Virus record (IMG/VR): IMGVR_UViG_3300026257_000002
Location: 1 to 64,000 of that record
From: a virus
DNA: 64,000 nt
Reading direction: 5' to 3' (one strand)
A model generated the notes under the pieces. The model ran no database searches. It worked only from the letters and a program-made list of their open reading frames with translations, and was not told where the DNA came from. Made by a program: the position numbers and the translations under genes. Below are positions 44,005 to 53,993 of this stretch, piece by piece. Every line of letters begins with the position of its first letter. The first letter of the stretch is position 1.

Positions 44005-44330
44005 TGAGGATAAGGTTCGCCAGTGCGTTCATGTAGACCGGAGAAATGATATAGTAAAACGCAATAATGAATTGCTTTCAAGATATCCATTTTTGATTTA
44101 CCACCTTTCTTACCAAATCGGGAAAGATATTTAATAGCATTAGAACGGCAGAAAGGTTCTGCGTCTCCAATTGCATCCACTAAGTCAAGTGTCTGAGTCT
44201 TAGACTCTTGAGATGTATAGTGTGCTTTATATGTGCTTGAAAGATAATCCTGTACTTCACGAAGTGTTAGATCTTCTTCATACTTCCAAAAATTATTATT
44301 AGACATTCGGATAACTCCATCAGTCGCCAT
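44001..44330 (-). CDS. DUF3310 / T7 gp1.7-like protein
   Basis: HY...TLDL...FCRSNAIKYLSRFGKKGG..DILKAIHY. Confidence 0.7.
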   Translation of the reverse strand: MATDGVIRMSNNNFWKYEEDLTLREVQDYLSSTYKAHYTSQESKTQTLDLVDAIGDAEPFCRSNAIKYLSRFGKKGGKSKMDILKAIHYCVLLYHFSGLHERTGEPYPQ

Positions 44331-46047
44331 TGGTCAATTCCTCCATTTTACTAAAATTTTTCACTTTATCAAATTTGAGAACCCGGTCGAATTTCTCGAC
44401 CATGTGCTCTCGATGCGAGATAATAAACAAATTGAGATCATCCGTGAAATTCCTCAATATGAATGATAACTCATCAGTGCCTGTGTTGTCAAGTGAGCTG
44501 TCAAAAATCTCGTCCAGGACTAGTAGGTTGGTGTCTACGCTGTTCTTAAGCTTAGCAACAGACCTCCATGTTAGCATAAGTGCGATGTCAATGCGAGACT
44601 TCTCACCCTCTGAGAATGATGCATAACTGAAATCATCCCTATAACGAGACTTGATAGTCTCCTCAAAACTCTCACTGAGTGTGAAGTTCACAAAGAAATC
44701 CATCTGCTGTAGATACTGGTTGATGAGTTTATTCATCACTGGAAGATATCGTTTGATAATCCTAGTTTTAATACCAGTATCCTTCAGCAGGTTAGCAGCA
44801 ACGCTGTAGTAATCTTTATTCTCTTTATGAGCAGCAAGAATACTTTCATAACCCACACGCTGATCGTTAAGATTATTCAACTGTTCCTGCTGTTTACTAG
44901 AATCATTCTTAATATCTTGGATACTTGTAATTTCAGATTCTAATTCTTTGATCTGCTTATTCATATGATTGATGAGAGAATTATTCTTATCAATCACACT
45001 ATAATGTTTACGAATGTCATCAGAGACTTCTGTGTATTCAGAAATTTGTCCTTTGACTTCATCTATTTGTTGCTCTAATATTTCCCATGCATTTTTAGTC
45101 TCTTTAATAGTATCATTGTTTTGATCTATCTTATCAGTCTTGAATGTTTCAGAAAGATTTTGCTTGCAGGTGGGGCATTTATCATTTTTAAAATAAAAAA
45201 TATTTTCTTTTTCTAAGTTATTAATTTTAGTTTTAAATTTTACTTTAAATTCTTTTAAATTATCATACTTTTTTGAAAGTTTATCACCATCAAACAACAG
45301 GGACTGTCTTTCTTTAATATATTCATTAATATTATCATTTTCCTGAACTACACCATCACTTTGCGTAATGAGTTTACCAATTTTATCCTGCTTATAATCA
45401 ATCAGATTATCACTTTGCGTCTCAAGTTCCTTTATAAGTTCTTCTTGTGTCTCTATACGATGCTTTACTAGACCAAGATCATTTTCCGTGAGGCGAATAT
45501 CATCGTTTAATCGCTTCATACGATCTTTTAGATTAATATTCATGGTAGAGAACACTTGAATATCTAAAAGATCCTCAATAATTTCACGACGTGATGCTAT
45601 CGGCAGCTGCATGAATGGAATGAACGTAGAAGATCCTAGAACAACAATCTGTGTAAACGATTTATAGTTAAGTTTGAGGATCGTTTGTTCTAGGAACTTC
45701 TGCTGATCTCCAGCAGCAGCATCTTGGTTCAGCATTTCTCCATCAACATAAACCTCAAAGAGGTTAGGTTTCATACCACGGATAACTTTATACTTTTTAT
45801 TACCTTGAGAGAACTCAACTTCTATAAGACAATCCTTACCATTAATAGCATTAACAAGTTGAGGTTTGTTAATCTTACGAAAGGGTTTATTAAACAACAC
45901 AAATGTAAGAGCATCAAGTACAGTACTTTTACCAGAACCATTCCTTCCGATGATTATATTGTTAGTATAAGTATTGAGAGTTATCTCAGTAAAATTATTT
46001 CCACTAGATAAGAAATTTTTATAACGAATAGTTTCAAAACTGATCAT
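44320..46047 (-). CDS. gp46: SbcC/Rad50-like recombination exonuclease subunit (T4 gp46)
   Basis: YKNFLSSG, GRNGSGKST, CPTC zinc hook, FSEGE, LDEIFD; start reassigned to MISFET. Confidence 0.96.
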   Translation of the reverse strand: MISFETIRYKNFLSSGNNFTEITLNTYTNNIIIGRNGSGKSTVLDALTFVLFNKPFRKINKPQLVNAINGKDCLIEVEFSQGNKKYKVIRGMKPNLFEVYVDGEMLNQDAAAGDQQKFLEQTILKLNYKSFTQIVVLGSSTFIPFMQLPIASRREIIEDLLDIQVFSTMNINLKDRMKRLNDDIRLTENDLGLVKHRIETQEELIKELETQSDNLIDYKQDKIGKLITQSDGVVQENDNINEYIKERQSLLFDGDKLSKKYDNLKEFKVKFKTKINNLEKENIFYFKNDKCPTCKQNLSETFKTDKIDQNNDTIKETKNAWEILEQQIDEVKGQISEYTEVSDDIRKHYSVIDKNNSLINHMNKQIKELESEITSIQDIKNDSSKQQEQLNNLNDQRVGYESILAAHKENKDYYSVAANLLKDTGIKTRIIKRYLPVMNKLINQYLQQMDFFVNFTLSESFEETIKSRYRDDFSYASFSEGEKSRIDIALMLTWRSVAKLKNSVDTNLLVLDEIFDSSLDNTGTDELSFILRNFTDDLNLFIISHREHMVEKFDRVLKFDKVKNFSKMEELTNGD

Positions 46048-46303
46048 GGTGTGATGGTGGAATAATAAGTTCGTCTGGAGCAACAACAGTATATTTGTAA
46101 CCTGTGTTTTCACACATTTCAATCATGGATTTGCTATCCACCTCAACAGGACTCATTTTAGGAAAATCATCTGCTTCTAATAAAATAGCAAACCGTATTG
46201 CATCTTCTACTTCACTAAACAATAGTAATGTTCTTTCATTCCTACCGTTTGAAACAGCATACGCTCCTTCATTTTCTTTGTCTCGTAAACAGAGTATATA
46301 CAT
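46034..46303 (-). CDS. DUF3110-like protein (89 aa)
   Basis: EGAYAV...LLLFSEVEDAIRFAILLEADDFP pattern recalled from the cyanobacterial family. Confidence 0.65.
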   Translation of the reverse strand: MYILCLRDKENEGAYAVSNGRNERTLLLFSEVEDAIRFAILLEADDFPKMSPVEVDSKSMIEMCENTGYKYTVVAPDELIIPPSHHDQF

Positions 46304-47349
46304 TATACCACCTCCAGTGCCTCCACGTAAAGAGACTTCATAATCTCTTTCAATTTACCGCTGTCTAAATTAGTATTAAGTTCTTCAATATATTTTTCTA
46401 GAATAGTTAAGGTATCCTCATGTTCCAATTGAATGTCTTCATCCTCACTTTCCTCAGTAGAAAAATCTTCAATAATCTTAAGATCTAATGTGACATCTTG
46501 CAAAGAATTAATAAGATAATCAAACCCAGTGTAATCAGTTTTGTTTTCTACAACAACTTTTACTACAGTATTTTTATATTTATCAACATCTAAATCATAA
46601 TAATCATTCTTAGTATCATCATAGAATATTTTATGAAACATTTCATATGGATTTTTAATATACTGCAACTTTAAAGTTTCTGTATCAAAAATATAAAAAC
46701 CACGTTGATCGCCATAATCATTCCAATACATCTGATAAGAGTTTCCAAGATACTTGAAGTTCCCTTTCTTACTTTTGGTGTGAAAATGACCTGACATTAC
46801 CAGTTCAAATTTATCAAACTCATTAGTATTGCGACCGTGATTACAAATGTAAGTAGGATTAGTTTTAAATCCTTGCATCTCTAAATGTCCCAGAACTACT
46901 TCAGCATCTGTGTCACGTAGAATATTAACACTCTGCTCTTCGTTCTGATCACATATCCATGGCAAATAAACTACCTTACGCCCATCCAGAATGACCTCAG
47001 AGGGTTCTGAATATACATTCAGGTTAGAATACTCAAGAAGCAGTGCTTCAAGCGAGTTAATCTCTAGAGTGTTCTTATAGAAAGCATCATGATTACCAAC
47101 CATCATATCCATAGTAATACCCTTCTCCTCCAAAGGATTAAAGATATTTTTCCTCGCCCAATTAAGAGACCAGAAATCGATGTTACGACGGATATCAAAC
47201 ACATCACCCAAGTGGATAACGTGCTTAATTTTTTTCTTCTTTAATGTAGGAAAGAAAATATCATTATAAAATTTTAGAAAAAAATCATGATAATCTTGAT
47301 TGCCTTTCTTAAACCCAAAATGAGTATCAGTAATCAGGGCAACTTTCAT
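46303..47349 (-). CDS. gp47: SbcD/Mre11-like nuclease subunit (T4 gp47)
   Basis: ITDTHFG, HLGDVFD, GNHD, SGHFH. Confidence 0.96.
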   Translation of the reverse strand: MKVALITDTHFGFKKGNQDYHDFFLKFYNDIFFPTLKKKKIKHVIHLGDVFDIRRNIDFWSLNWARKNIFNPLEEKGITMDMMVGNHDAFYKNTLEINSLEALLLEYSNLNVYSEPSEVILDGRKVVYLPWICDQNEEQSVNILRDTDAEVVLGHLEMQGFKTNPTYICNHGRNTNEFDKFELVMSGHFHTKSKKGNFKYLGNSYQMYWNDYGDQRGFYIFDTETLKLQYIKNPYEMFHKIFYDDTKNDYYDLDVDKYKNTVVKVVVENKTDYTGFDYLINSLQDVTLDLKIIEDFSTEESEDEDIQLEHEDTLTILEKYIEELNTNLDSGKLKEIMKSLYVEALEVV

Positions 47350-47840
47350 TTTCTAGTTTTCTGCTCGATGTTTTGTTTGATACTATTGTATTCTGAAGGG
47401 GAGTAATTCAGTTCATTCTTATCAGCATGGAGAACTTCATCGTATCCAGAACGCTCAAGAATTTTGCTTTTAATTTCTAGTTGCTTCTTTTCTTTTTGAA
47501 TTCTTCTTAAGAATGCATAGTAAATAATCTGAGTAAAGTATGCAAAAGGATTGCCACGATTAGGATCAAAATTATCAATATACTGAACACAGTTCTCGAT
47601 ACCATCCGAGATCATATCCTCACGAAAAGGATAGTTAATGAAGTTGGGACGATACGACAGATGCTGTGCGATCTTCAAGAAGCACTCACCAATATAATTT
47701 GGTATTCTAGGACGATCCGTCTCTTCTGTCAAGGCTCTGTTAACTTTGACCTTATACTCAGAGAGTGCTGCAAGGAACTCTTTATTATCTACATAATGTT
47801 CTGGCTTCTTTTTAATTCTCATTTTAATACATGTATCCAA
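47346..47840 (-). CDS. gp55: Late-transcription sigma factor (T4 gp55); alternative start at 47822
   Basis: HYVDNKEFL, YIGECFLKIA, NPFAYFTQIIYYAFLRRIQKEKKQ. Confidence 0.95.
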   Translation of the reverse strand: MDTCIKMRIKKKPEHYVDNKEFLAALSEYKVKVNRALTEETDRPRIPNYIGECFLKIAQHLSYRPNFINYPFREDMISDGIENCVQYIDNFDPNRGNPFAYFTQIIYYAFLRRIQKEKKQLEIKSKILERSGYDEVLHADKNELNYSPSEYNSIKQNIEQKTRK

Positions 47841-47857
47841 TTACTATGTGTATTTAC

Positions 47858-47909
47858 ATTATAACACACTTCAACCGAGCTTGACAACATTGGATTTTAT
47901 CTGTAGAAT
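47858..47909. promoter_or_regulatory. Back-to-back sigma70 promoters upstream of gp55
   Basis: Minus: TTGTCA(47887-47882)-18-TATAAT(47863-47858); plus: TTGACA(47881-47886)-17-TAGAAT(47904-47909). Confidence 0.65.
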
Positions 47910-47941
47910 AACTCTGTAAGGGTTCAAGAGACAGAATATCT

Positions 47942-48352
47942 TTAGTATTTCTTGAATATTTCTTCAAAAAAGATTCTAGCATCCTTTACCGATGCGCGAT
48001 ATCCTTTGTATTTTTTTTGTGTAGATCTTCTTTTAATTTTTTTACTAAATTCTTTTTCACGATTACTAATCTCATTAACTGCTTTCTTATAATGAGAAAG
48101 TCCTGGTTCAATAAGTTCATTAATAGTTATAATTTTAGCATCCTTTATAAAAAAGAAATTGTCAGTTGTTGATTTGATCCACTTAGATAATTTTAATCCA
48201 GATGATTTTACATCTTCAAAGACTTCAAGGATACTCATATCCTCTAACAGTAAAGGATTGTTAACTATCAGACCTTCATCATGAACTTCAACAAAAGCGA
48301 CAATCTCTTCTCCAGTCATTAATTTAATTGTGGCGAAGAATTTATCATTCAT
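47942..48352 (-). CDS. Sm-like-fold hypothetical protein (136 aa)
   Basis: IKLMTGEEIVAFV...VNNP...LSKW...IITINE..LSHY. Confidence 0.75.
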   Translation of the reverse strand: MNDKFFATIKLMTGEEIVAFVEVHDEGLIVNNPLLLEDMSILEVFEDVKSSGLKLSKWIKSTTDNFFFIKDAKIITINELIEPGLSHYKKAVNEISNREKEFSKKIKRRSTQKKYKGYRASVKDARIFFEEIFKKY

Positions 48353-49821
48353 TTTTTTATGTTTACGGGGATGATTTCATAATTAAATTGCTCCTCATTG
48401 TAAACTTTAATTCTTTCCTTTAAATGATTGAGAGTATAGTTGATGTAACTTCCTCTGGAAAAATCATCTGCAATGTCATAAAGTACTGCTTGTGATTTAT
48501 TATCTCCTTTACGCAGAACCCTACCAATAGATTGTAGATTTCTAATTCTAGACTTGCTAGGAGAAGCAAAAATAATGTTATGTAGATTTTTAATATTGAT
48601 ACCAGTAGAAAAGGTTCCGTAGGAAGCAATGATAACGCAGTTATCATTTATTTCTGCTAACTGTCTAATATTCTCACGTTCAGATGCCTCCACACCACCA
48701 TGAACAAAGAATACTTTTTTGGTATCTCCTATAGTATTATTTATGAGATCAAAAAGTGGTTCACCATGCTTCTCGACATAGTTAAATAACACTAGAGTAT
48801 TTCCTTGAAGATCAGATACTAAATTTTTAACGAACACATTTCTCTTGTCATGTGTTACAATGTATTCTATCTCATCTTGATAGTTCGCAAACTTATACGA
48901 TTCATGTTTGAGAGCAAGAATTTTAATTTTAAGTTGCGTCAGTTGATCGCGTTGCATTAACTCAGTGGTGCTAGTAACTCTATCTGAGACACCAAACAAT
49001 CCTTCCAATACTAGACGATGTGTTTTAGTTCCATCCAAAGTTCCTGTAAAACCGATGCGATACTTTGCATCATGAAGTTTAGTCATAATACTGGTGAGAG
49101 ACTTTGCTTTGAATGTATGGCATTCGTCTCCAATCACCGCAGTATATGAATCAAAGTATTTCTTAGGAAGTTTATAGATTGACTGCCATGTAGTAATGAC
49201 TACAGGAGCATCAGATACTTTCGCTTCACCTTGATAGATCTTATGGCAATACTCTTCGGGGTTCCATCCATAGGATTCAAAGTCTTTAAATAACTGTGTG
49301 ACTAGTGATATACTAGGAACGATGATTAAAGTTTTAAGATTAGTAGCAGTGAAAAATCTAACTAGGGCATAGATCATAAAAGATTTGCCAGACCCTGTAG
49401 GTGATAGGATGATCTTTCTATAATTTCTTAGTGCTTTGAATACAGCATTATACTGATAGTCTCTGGGTTTAATCGCAGTTCCTTCAGTAAGATAATTCAG
49501 ATACTCCCTTACTGTCTCTGGCAGAATATCTGGATCGTAATCAGTAGGTTTACCATAATATTCATTGTCAATCAAAGAACAAGTATATTCTCTTTCATCT
49601 GCCCATTCAAAAAGATATGTAAGAAGTCCGATATAAAGTTGACCGTTACCAGGACTAAACAAACGAATTTTTCCATCCCACATTCTATTCTTAAATTGTG
49701 GCATGAATTTTGCATCAGGAACTTCAAAAGTAAAATACTCACTCAGTTCTTGTTTAATATATGGTTCACAATCGATTTGAAGATATACTTCATTTCTTTT
49801 ACCAATAACAATATCTGCCAT
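48349..49821 (-). CDS. uvsW: SF2 DNA helicase UvsW
   Basis: PRDYQ, SPTGSGKS, GDECH, GFTGT, QSIGRVLR. Confidence 0.96.
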   Translation of the reverse strand: MADIVIGKRNEVYLQIDCEPYIKQELSEYFTFEVPDAKFMPQFKNRMWDGKIRLFSPGNGQLYIGLLTYLFEWADEREYTCSLIDNEYYGKPTDYDPDILPETVREYLNYLTEGTAIKPRDYQYNAVFKALRNYRKIILSPTGSGKSFMIYALVRFFTATNLKTLIIVPSISLVTQLFKDFESYGWNPEEYCHKIYQGEAKVSDAPVVITTWQSIYKLPKKYFDSYTAVIGDECHTFKAKSLTSIMTKLHDAKYRIGFTGTLDGTKTHRLVLEGLFGVSDRVTSTTELMQRDQLTQLKIKILALKHESYKFANYQDEIEYIVTHDKRNVFVKNLVSDLQGNTLVLFNYVEKHGEPLFDLINNTIGDTKKVFFVHGGVEASERENIRQLAEINDNCVIIASYGTFSTGINIKNLHNIIFASPSKSRIRNLQSIGRVLRKGDNKSQAVLYDIADDFSRGSYINYTLNHLKERIKVYNEEQFNYEIIPVNIKK

Positions 49822-50249
49822 TACCTAATACCTTCAATAAATGATTTCCACTCAATGGCATTTTTAATTTGATATGATCGAGTGTTTATCATTCTGATAA
49901 CACTCTCAAGATATTCGATAATAATATCGTATATATCTATTTTTAATTGTAAATCCTTGATGTCAGGATCAGATTCAATATACATGGTCAAATCTGATTT
50001 GAGAAGTTTTAGGTCAAAAGGATTTTTCCTATAATCTTCTGGATCTCCTTTACCTGAATAATATTCAAACTTACGGCGAGTAAGTTGCTTTAAGTTTCCT
50101 ACTGCTTGTTTCTTTTTAAATCTATACTCTGAAAATATTTTAAAATATTTTGAATGTAGTTGTGGAATACTAAGTGAGGCATTGTCTAACTCAACAGGAT
50201 CAATTTTTGCATCCCGTTCCCACATCGCTTGGATTTCATCAAAAGTCAT
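49821..50249 (-). CDS. uvsY: Recombination mediator UvsY
   Basis: WERDAKID...IPQLHSKY...YYSGK...RSYQIKNAIEW. Confidence 0.92.
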   Translation of the reverse strand: MTFDEIQAMWERDAKIDPVELDNASLSIPQLHSKYFKIFSEYRFKKKQAVGNLKQLTRRKFEYYSGKGDPEDYRKNPFDLKLLKSDLTMYIESDPDIKDLQLKIDIYDIIIEYLESVIRMINTRSYQIKNAIEWKSFIEGIR

Positions 50250-50764
50250 TAACTAATCACTTTACCATCATACTTAATTCTATATATGAGATATTTAAAG
50301 GTGGCAGTTGCAGTGAGATATTCAACTCCAGTTTCAGTCGAATCAAATACTACGGGAGACAATGCTACAGGAAAAGCATTATCATATTCAATTAAAATCT
50401 TGGATTGCCAATTGCTATTTAAAACTTCTAATACTATCTGACCTTCAATAGGATCTTCATCAGTATCATATTCTTCTGCGAGACCGGTTTTTTTCAACCA
50501 CTTATGAATAGTAGCATAGTTAGACATATCCTCATCAATTAAAAATTTGATAGTAAGATCATCAAATTCAGTCTCCGTTCCTGCAATAGAATAGTCTCGG
50601 AAAGGATTGGGAATTGTGATGTCTGTGATTCTGATACCAGGAATATCTACTGCCTGACATAAAAATGATACTTTAGGAAATTTTAAAATTGATAATTTAA
50701 ATCCTTGAGGTGCCAGATAGTTTGCATTATCAATTTTATCAAGTAACCAATTTGCCTGGGTCAT
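50249..50764 (-). CDS. gp3: Tail completion / tube terminator protein (T4 gp3-like)
   Basis: NYLAPQGFKL, FLIDEDMSNY..IHKW, NAFPVAL, TATATFKY. Confidence 0.85.
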   Translation of the reverse strand: MTQANWLLDKIDNANYLAPQGFKLSILKFPKVSFLCQAVDIPGIRITDITIPNPFRDYSIAGTETEFDDLTIKFLIDEDMSNYATIHKWLKKTGLAEEYDTDEDPIEGQIVLEVLNSNWQSKILIEYDNAFPVALSPVVFDSTETGVEYLTATATFKYLIYRIKYDGKVIS

Positions 50765-50790
50765 TTTTTTATTTTTTAAATATTTAGGTC

Positions 50791-50979
50791 TTACTTATCC
50801 TCATTTCTCATATCATCATGCAACCTATCAGTAGCATCTTTTTTCATTTGTTCTTCTAATTTAGACTTAGAAGCTTTTATACCAGCAAGTCTTACCTCTA
50901 AAGATTCTTCCCATAAATTAAGCATCTTAAGTCTCCATTTTTTATGATCTTCTATACTCATTCTTTTACTGCAAATCAT
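50791..50979 (-). CDS. Small hypothetical protein (~55-62 aa)
   Basis: ORF track; CTAAATA at 51007-51013. Confidence 0.55.
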   Translation of the reverse strand: MICSKRMSIEDHKKWRLKMLNLWEESLEVRLAGIKASKSKLEEQMKKDATDRLHDDMRNEDK

Positions 50980-51015
50980 TTATTTTTAAACGCAGGTCTC
51001 CTCAAATATTTAGAT

Positions 51016-51040
51016 AAAAAAAAGACCCCTTATGGGGTCT
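51016..51040 (-). terminator. Rho-independent terminator
   Basis: AGACCCC-ATAA-GGGGTCT followed by a T tract. Confidence 0.8.
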
Positions 51041-51050
51041 GTTGTATTTT

Positions 51051-51242
51051 TTAGTCTAAAATTGTCCTGCAAACACGTTTACATGGTCCTTGTTTTAATG
51101 AATCGCATTCAATCAAACATTCATAATAATCATTTAATTTTTGATATTCTATTTCCGCTTGTTCTTTTTCAAAATGTTGCCATTCGGATAATTGACCTCT
51201 CGATAATAGGTTATGCATAACATCCTCGATAGATTTTTGCAA
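51051..51242 (-). CDS. Small Cys-containing hypothetical protein (63 aa)
   Basis: YYECLIEC...CKRVC. Confidence 0.6.
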   Translation of the reverse strand: MQKSIEDVMHNLLSRGQLSEWQHFEKEQAEIEYQKLNDYYECLIECDSLKQGPCKRVCRTILD

Positions 51243-51361
51243 ACTTCATGACAATGGAATAAGGTTCATGGTACTTCCTAATTCTATTACTATGTATGGA
51301 AATACGCACAAAATTTCAGTAGAATTTTAACAAAAAGAAATGCCTACGAGTTTATACTCAT

Positions 51362-51386
51362 AAAAAAAAGACCCCCTGAGGGGTCT
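51362..51386 (-). terminator. Terminator downstream of the major capsid gene
   Basis: AGACCCC-TCAG-GGGGTCT followed by a T tract. Confidence 0.85.
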
Positions 51387-51409
51387 TTATAAACCTGTGT
51401 GAGGTTATA

Positions 51410-52762
51410 TCACATGAGGTTGGTAACACGTACACGTCTGTAGTAAACGTTGGTGTTGACATTACCAGCAGCAACTGGATCGGAATCTGAAAGAGCAGTC
51501 TCGCCCTTAGAGAAGGGATTAAGAACCATGCCGTAGCGTGTCTTAAATCCGATTTTGGGCTGGAAGGTGTCAGGACCAATTGCACGAACCATCTGGAGAG
51601 GAACGTAAGGGCAATAGAACAGACCAGCATCATATGCTGATGTACCTTTATAACCAGCGATAAAGAACTGAGCAGCGTTAGCGCCCTCAGAAGGAAGTGC
51701 TGAATAAGGATCGATGTAAACGCGAATGCGACCGTTTAGCGTACCAACGAAGGTGCTGCCGGTGTCATCAACGTTAAGACCAGTATTAAGAGCAGGGTTG
51801 TAGTCAAGGACTCCAGCCATTGACAGAGCAGAAGCAACATCTGAAGAACAGATGAGCATGTTGCCCTTCCCTCTACGAGTCTCTTTCGCGATGGCGTTCA
51901 TTTCACGCTCAATTTGGAAGAGAAGACCCTTGAACTTCTCAACACTCCAACGTCCATTGGAGTCAACGTCGAGGTCGAAGGTTCCTTGTGATGCGGTGTT
52001 CTGCTGAGCACCAGGCTTGGCGGAACGGAAGACTGTGCGAACGACTTCTCTGTTGATTTCCGTAAGGATCTCAGCAGAAAGGATGTTAGCAAGTTCAGTC
52101 TCAGCGTCAAGACCGTGGATTGCCTTCAGGTCTTGGGCGAGTTCAATGCTGTACTCAGCTTTCAGAGCGCGGCTCTTAGCGGTAACAGCAATCTTCTCAA
52201 TGCTGAATGCCATTTCTGGGAATACGCTAGCAGCGGCTTCGCCAAGTGCTTCAGCAGTGGTTGTTGCCATTCCACCAGAAGAAGCATAAGTACCACTGTC
52301 GTTAAGAACAGCAGGGTTAGTTCCGCCTGGTGCAGTACCACCAGCAGAGTTGGTGGAGTTGTATCCAGTACCAGACCATGCCTGGTTGACTTCGTTGTAG
52401 AATGTCTCGTCGCCAGTCTGTGACTCGTAACGTGAGCGCATTGCGAAGATAAGTCCAGTAGGACCGTTCATGGGTTGAACGCCACAAATATCATAGGCGA
52501 TCAGGTTAGGCATTGAACGACGGATCAATGAGATCAGTACGGGGTCAAAACCTGCTACATTTCCACTTCCTGTGGTAGGTGAATTGATAGGACCAGCGTT
52601 TGTAGGCGCTTCGGTCAACATTCTCTCCTCACGGAGGAATTTTTCTTGGTTCTCCAGTAATTGTGAAGTAACGGCTTTCTTGTAACTATCTTTGATCTCA
52701 GGGAGATCGCCATGAGACAGAACAGGTGCCCACTTCTCTTGGAGTTGTTCGGTATTGAACAT
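51410..52762 (-). CDS. gp23: Major capsid protein (T4 gp23)
   Basis: EKWAPVL, DPVLISLIRRSMP, GVQPMNGPTG, SRALKAEYS, FYCPYVPL, KTRYG. Confidence 0.98.
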   Translation of the reverse strand: MFNTEQLQEKWAPVLSHGDLPEIKDSYKKAVTSQLLENQEKFLREERMLTEAPTNAGPINSPTTGSGNVAGFDPVLISLIRRSMPNLIAYDICGVQPMNGPTGLIFAMRSRYESQTGDETFYNEVNQAWSGTGYNSTNSAGGTAPGGTNPAVLNDSGTYASSGGMATTTAEALGEAAASVFPEMAFSIEKIAVTAKSRALKAEYSIELAQDLKAIHGLDAETELANILSAEILTEINREVVRTVFRSAKPGAQQNTASQGTFDLDVDSNGRWSVEKFKGLLFQIEREMNAIAKETRRGKGNMLICSSDVASALSMAGVLDYNPALNTGLNVDDTGSTFVGTLNGRIRVYIDPYSALPSEGANAAQFFIAGYKGTSAYDAGLFYCPYVPLQMVRAIGPDTFQPKIGFKTRYGMVLNPFSKGETALSDSDPVAAGNVNTNVYYRRVRVTNLM

Positions 52763-52802
52763 TAGGTGCTCCTAAAAGTTTTGTTAGTTGTGAACTATAA
52801 TT

Positions 52803-52810
52803 TATTTATA
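52803..52810 (-). promoter_or_regulatory. T4-type late promoter for gp23
   Basis: Exact TATAAATA 41 nt upstream of the ATG. Confidence 0.85.
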
Positions 52811-52821
52811 ATATAATTAAA

Positions 52822-53940
52822 TCACTTGCTATAACGAGCGATTGCGTTTACATAAGAAGCCATGTGAGCAGGAACTTCCTTCTCAACAACGGGCTCAGAT
52901 TCTTCTACGCTTTCGTTGACTTGAGCCTTGGGGAAATAGTTTTCCTTAATGGTCTCAATCTTGTCACGATATGTTTCCTCAGCAGTAAACTCTACACCCT
53001 CAGCAAGTGAGGAGAGTTTTTCTTTCTGAGTATCTGCTAAACCTTGGGATACTTCTACAACGATAGATTCTTTTACGAATTCTCCCAGAGCAGAGTTTAA
53101 TTCCACATTTTTTTCAATTTGTTCGTTGAGTTTTGTCTCCATCTCATCTAGTTTGTTAGTCATCCCCTCAACCATATTGTACTTCTCTTCAGGGATTTCC
53201 ATGTAGTGTTCATTGAACACACCCTTCAGAGCAGACATAAATGACTCAGCAATTTCGGTACGAATACCTTCATCAATTGCGAGTTTGTTATCGTTAATCC
53301 ATTGCTCTACAATATAATTCAAGAATGAGTCAACCTTAGTGGTCATCTCTTCCTTGATCACGTCAATTTGCTCATTTAACTGAGCAGCATACTTTTCTTC
53401 TAAACGTGTTGTTTCTTCTGTAATTTTAGAATTAACAGCAGCAGTGAAAATTGTTGTTGCCTTTTCTTTGAAACCTTCAGAAAGTTCTTCGCCATTGACA
53501 AGAGCGTCAATGTCAGCAGAAACATCAACTGTTTCTAGAACTTCTTTAGTTTCATCGACAGCCTCTTCTTTCTTAAGGGAAGGCTTTGCGTCTCCACCAC
53601 CACGACTGACACTCTTGCCAGACATATCCTTACCGCCTTCTAATTTAGGCATAGGATCTTGCTTGCCTTCGCCCGAGTTAACTGCAGTCTTAGACTTTTT
53701 AACTGGAGCAGCAGCCTTAGCACCAGAATTTTCAAATTTACCTGCATGACCTTCGGAAGATCCGGCAGCCATTGGTTCTACATTAGCAACTGCAACTTCA
53801 GCGCCTGATGCACTAGGAAGATTTGAACTTTCTGCTGGAGCTGCGCCAGCAGTTACAGCATTCTTCATTTCTGTAACGGTATCAGCATCAAAATTTTCTG
53901 ATGCGAAATCCTCAAATTTCTCGTTTAACGAATTAGCCAT
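52822..53940 (-). CDS. gp22: Prohead core scaffold (T4 gp22)
   Basis: DIDALVNGEELSEGFKEKATTIFTAAV, YLNYIVEQW-like segment, MASYVNAIAR. Confidence 0.92.
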   Translation of the reverse strand: MANSLNEKFEDFASENFDADTVTEMKNAVTAGAAPAESSNLPSASGAEVAVANVEPMAAGSSEGHAGKFENSGAKAAAPVKKSKTAVNSGEGKQDPMPKLEGGKDMSGKSVSRGGGDAKPSLKKEEAVDETKEVLETVDVSADIDALVNGEELSEGFKEKATTIFTAAVNSKITEETTRLEEKYAAQLNEQIDVIKEEMTTKVDSFLNYIVEQWINDNKLAIDEGIRTEIAESFMSALKGVFNEHYMEIPEEKYNMVEGMTNKLDEMETKLNEQIEKNVELNSALGEFVKESIVVEVSQGLADTQKEKLSSLAEGVEFTAEETYRDKIETIKENYFPKAQVNESVEESEPVVEKEVPAHMASYVNAIARYSK

Positions 53941-53993
53941 TTAAAATAACCCCGTATGGATACTTTTGATTTTCTATAACTTATTTATTAAAA

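Noticed and set aside
51051-51242. Cys-containing small protein considered as CP12
   Set aside because: Lacks the C-terminal CxxxPxxxEC..(Y/F)(D/E) pattern of CP12
51410-52762. Higher GC and distinct codon use in gp23 (also uvsX) as a sign of recent horizontal transfer
   Set aside because: These are syntenic core genes; bias is better explained by high-expression codon selection
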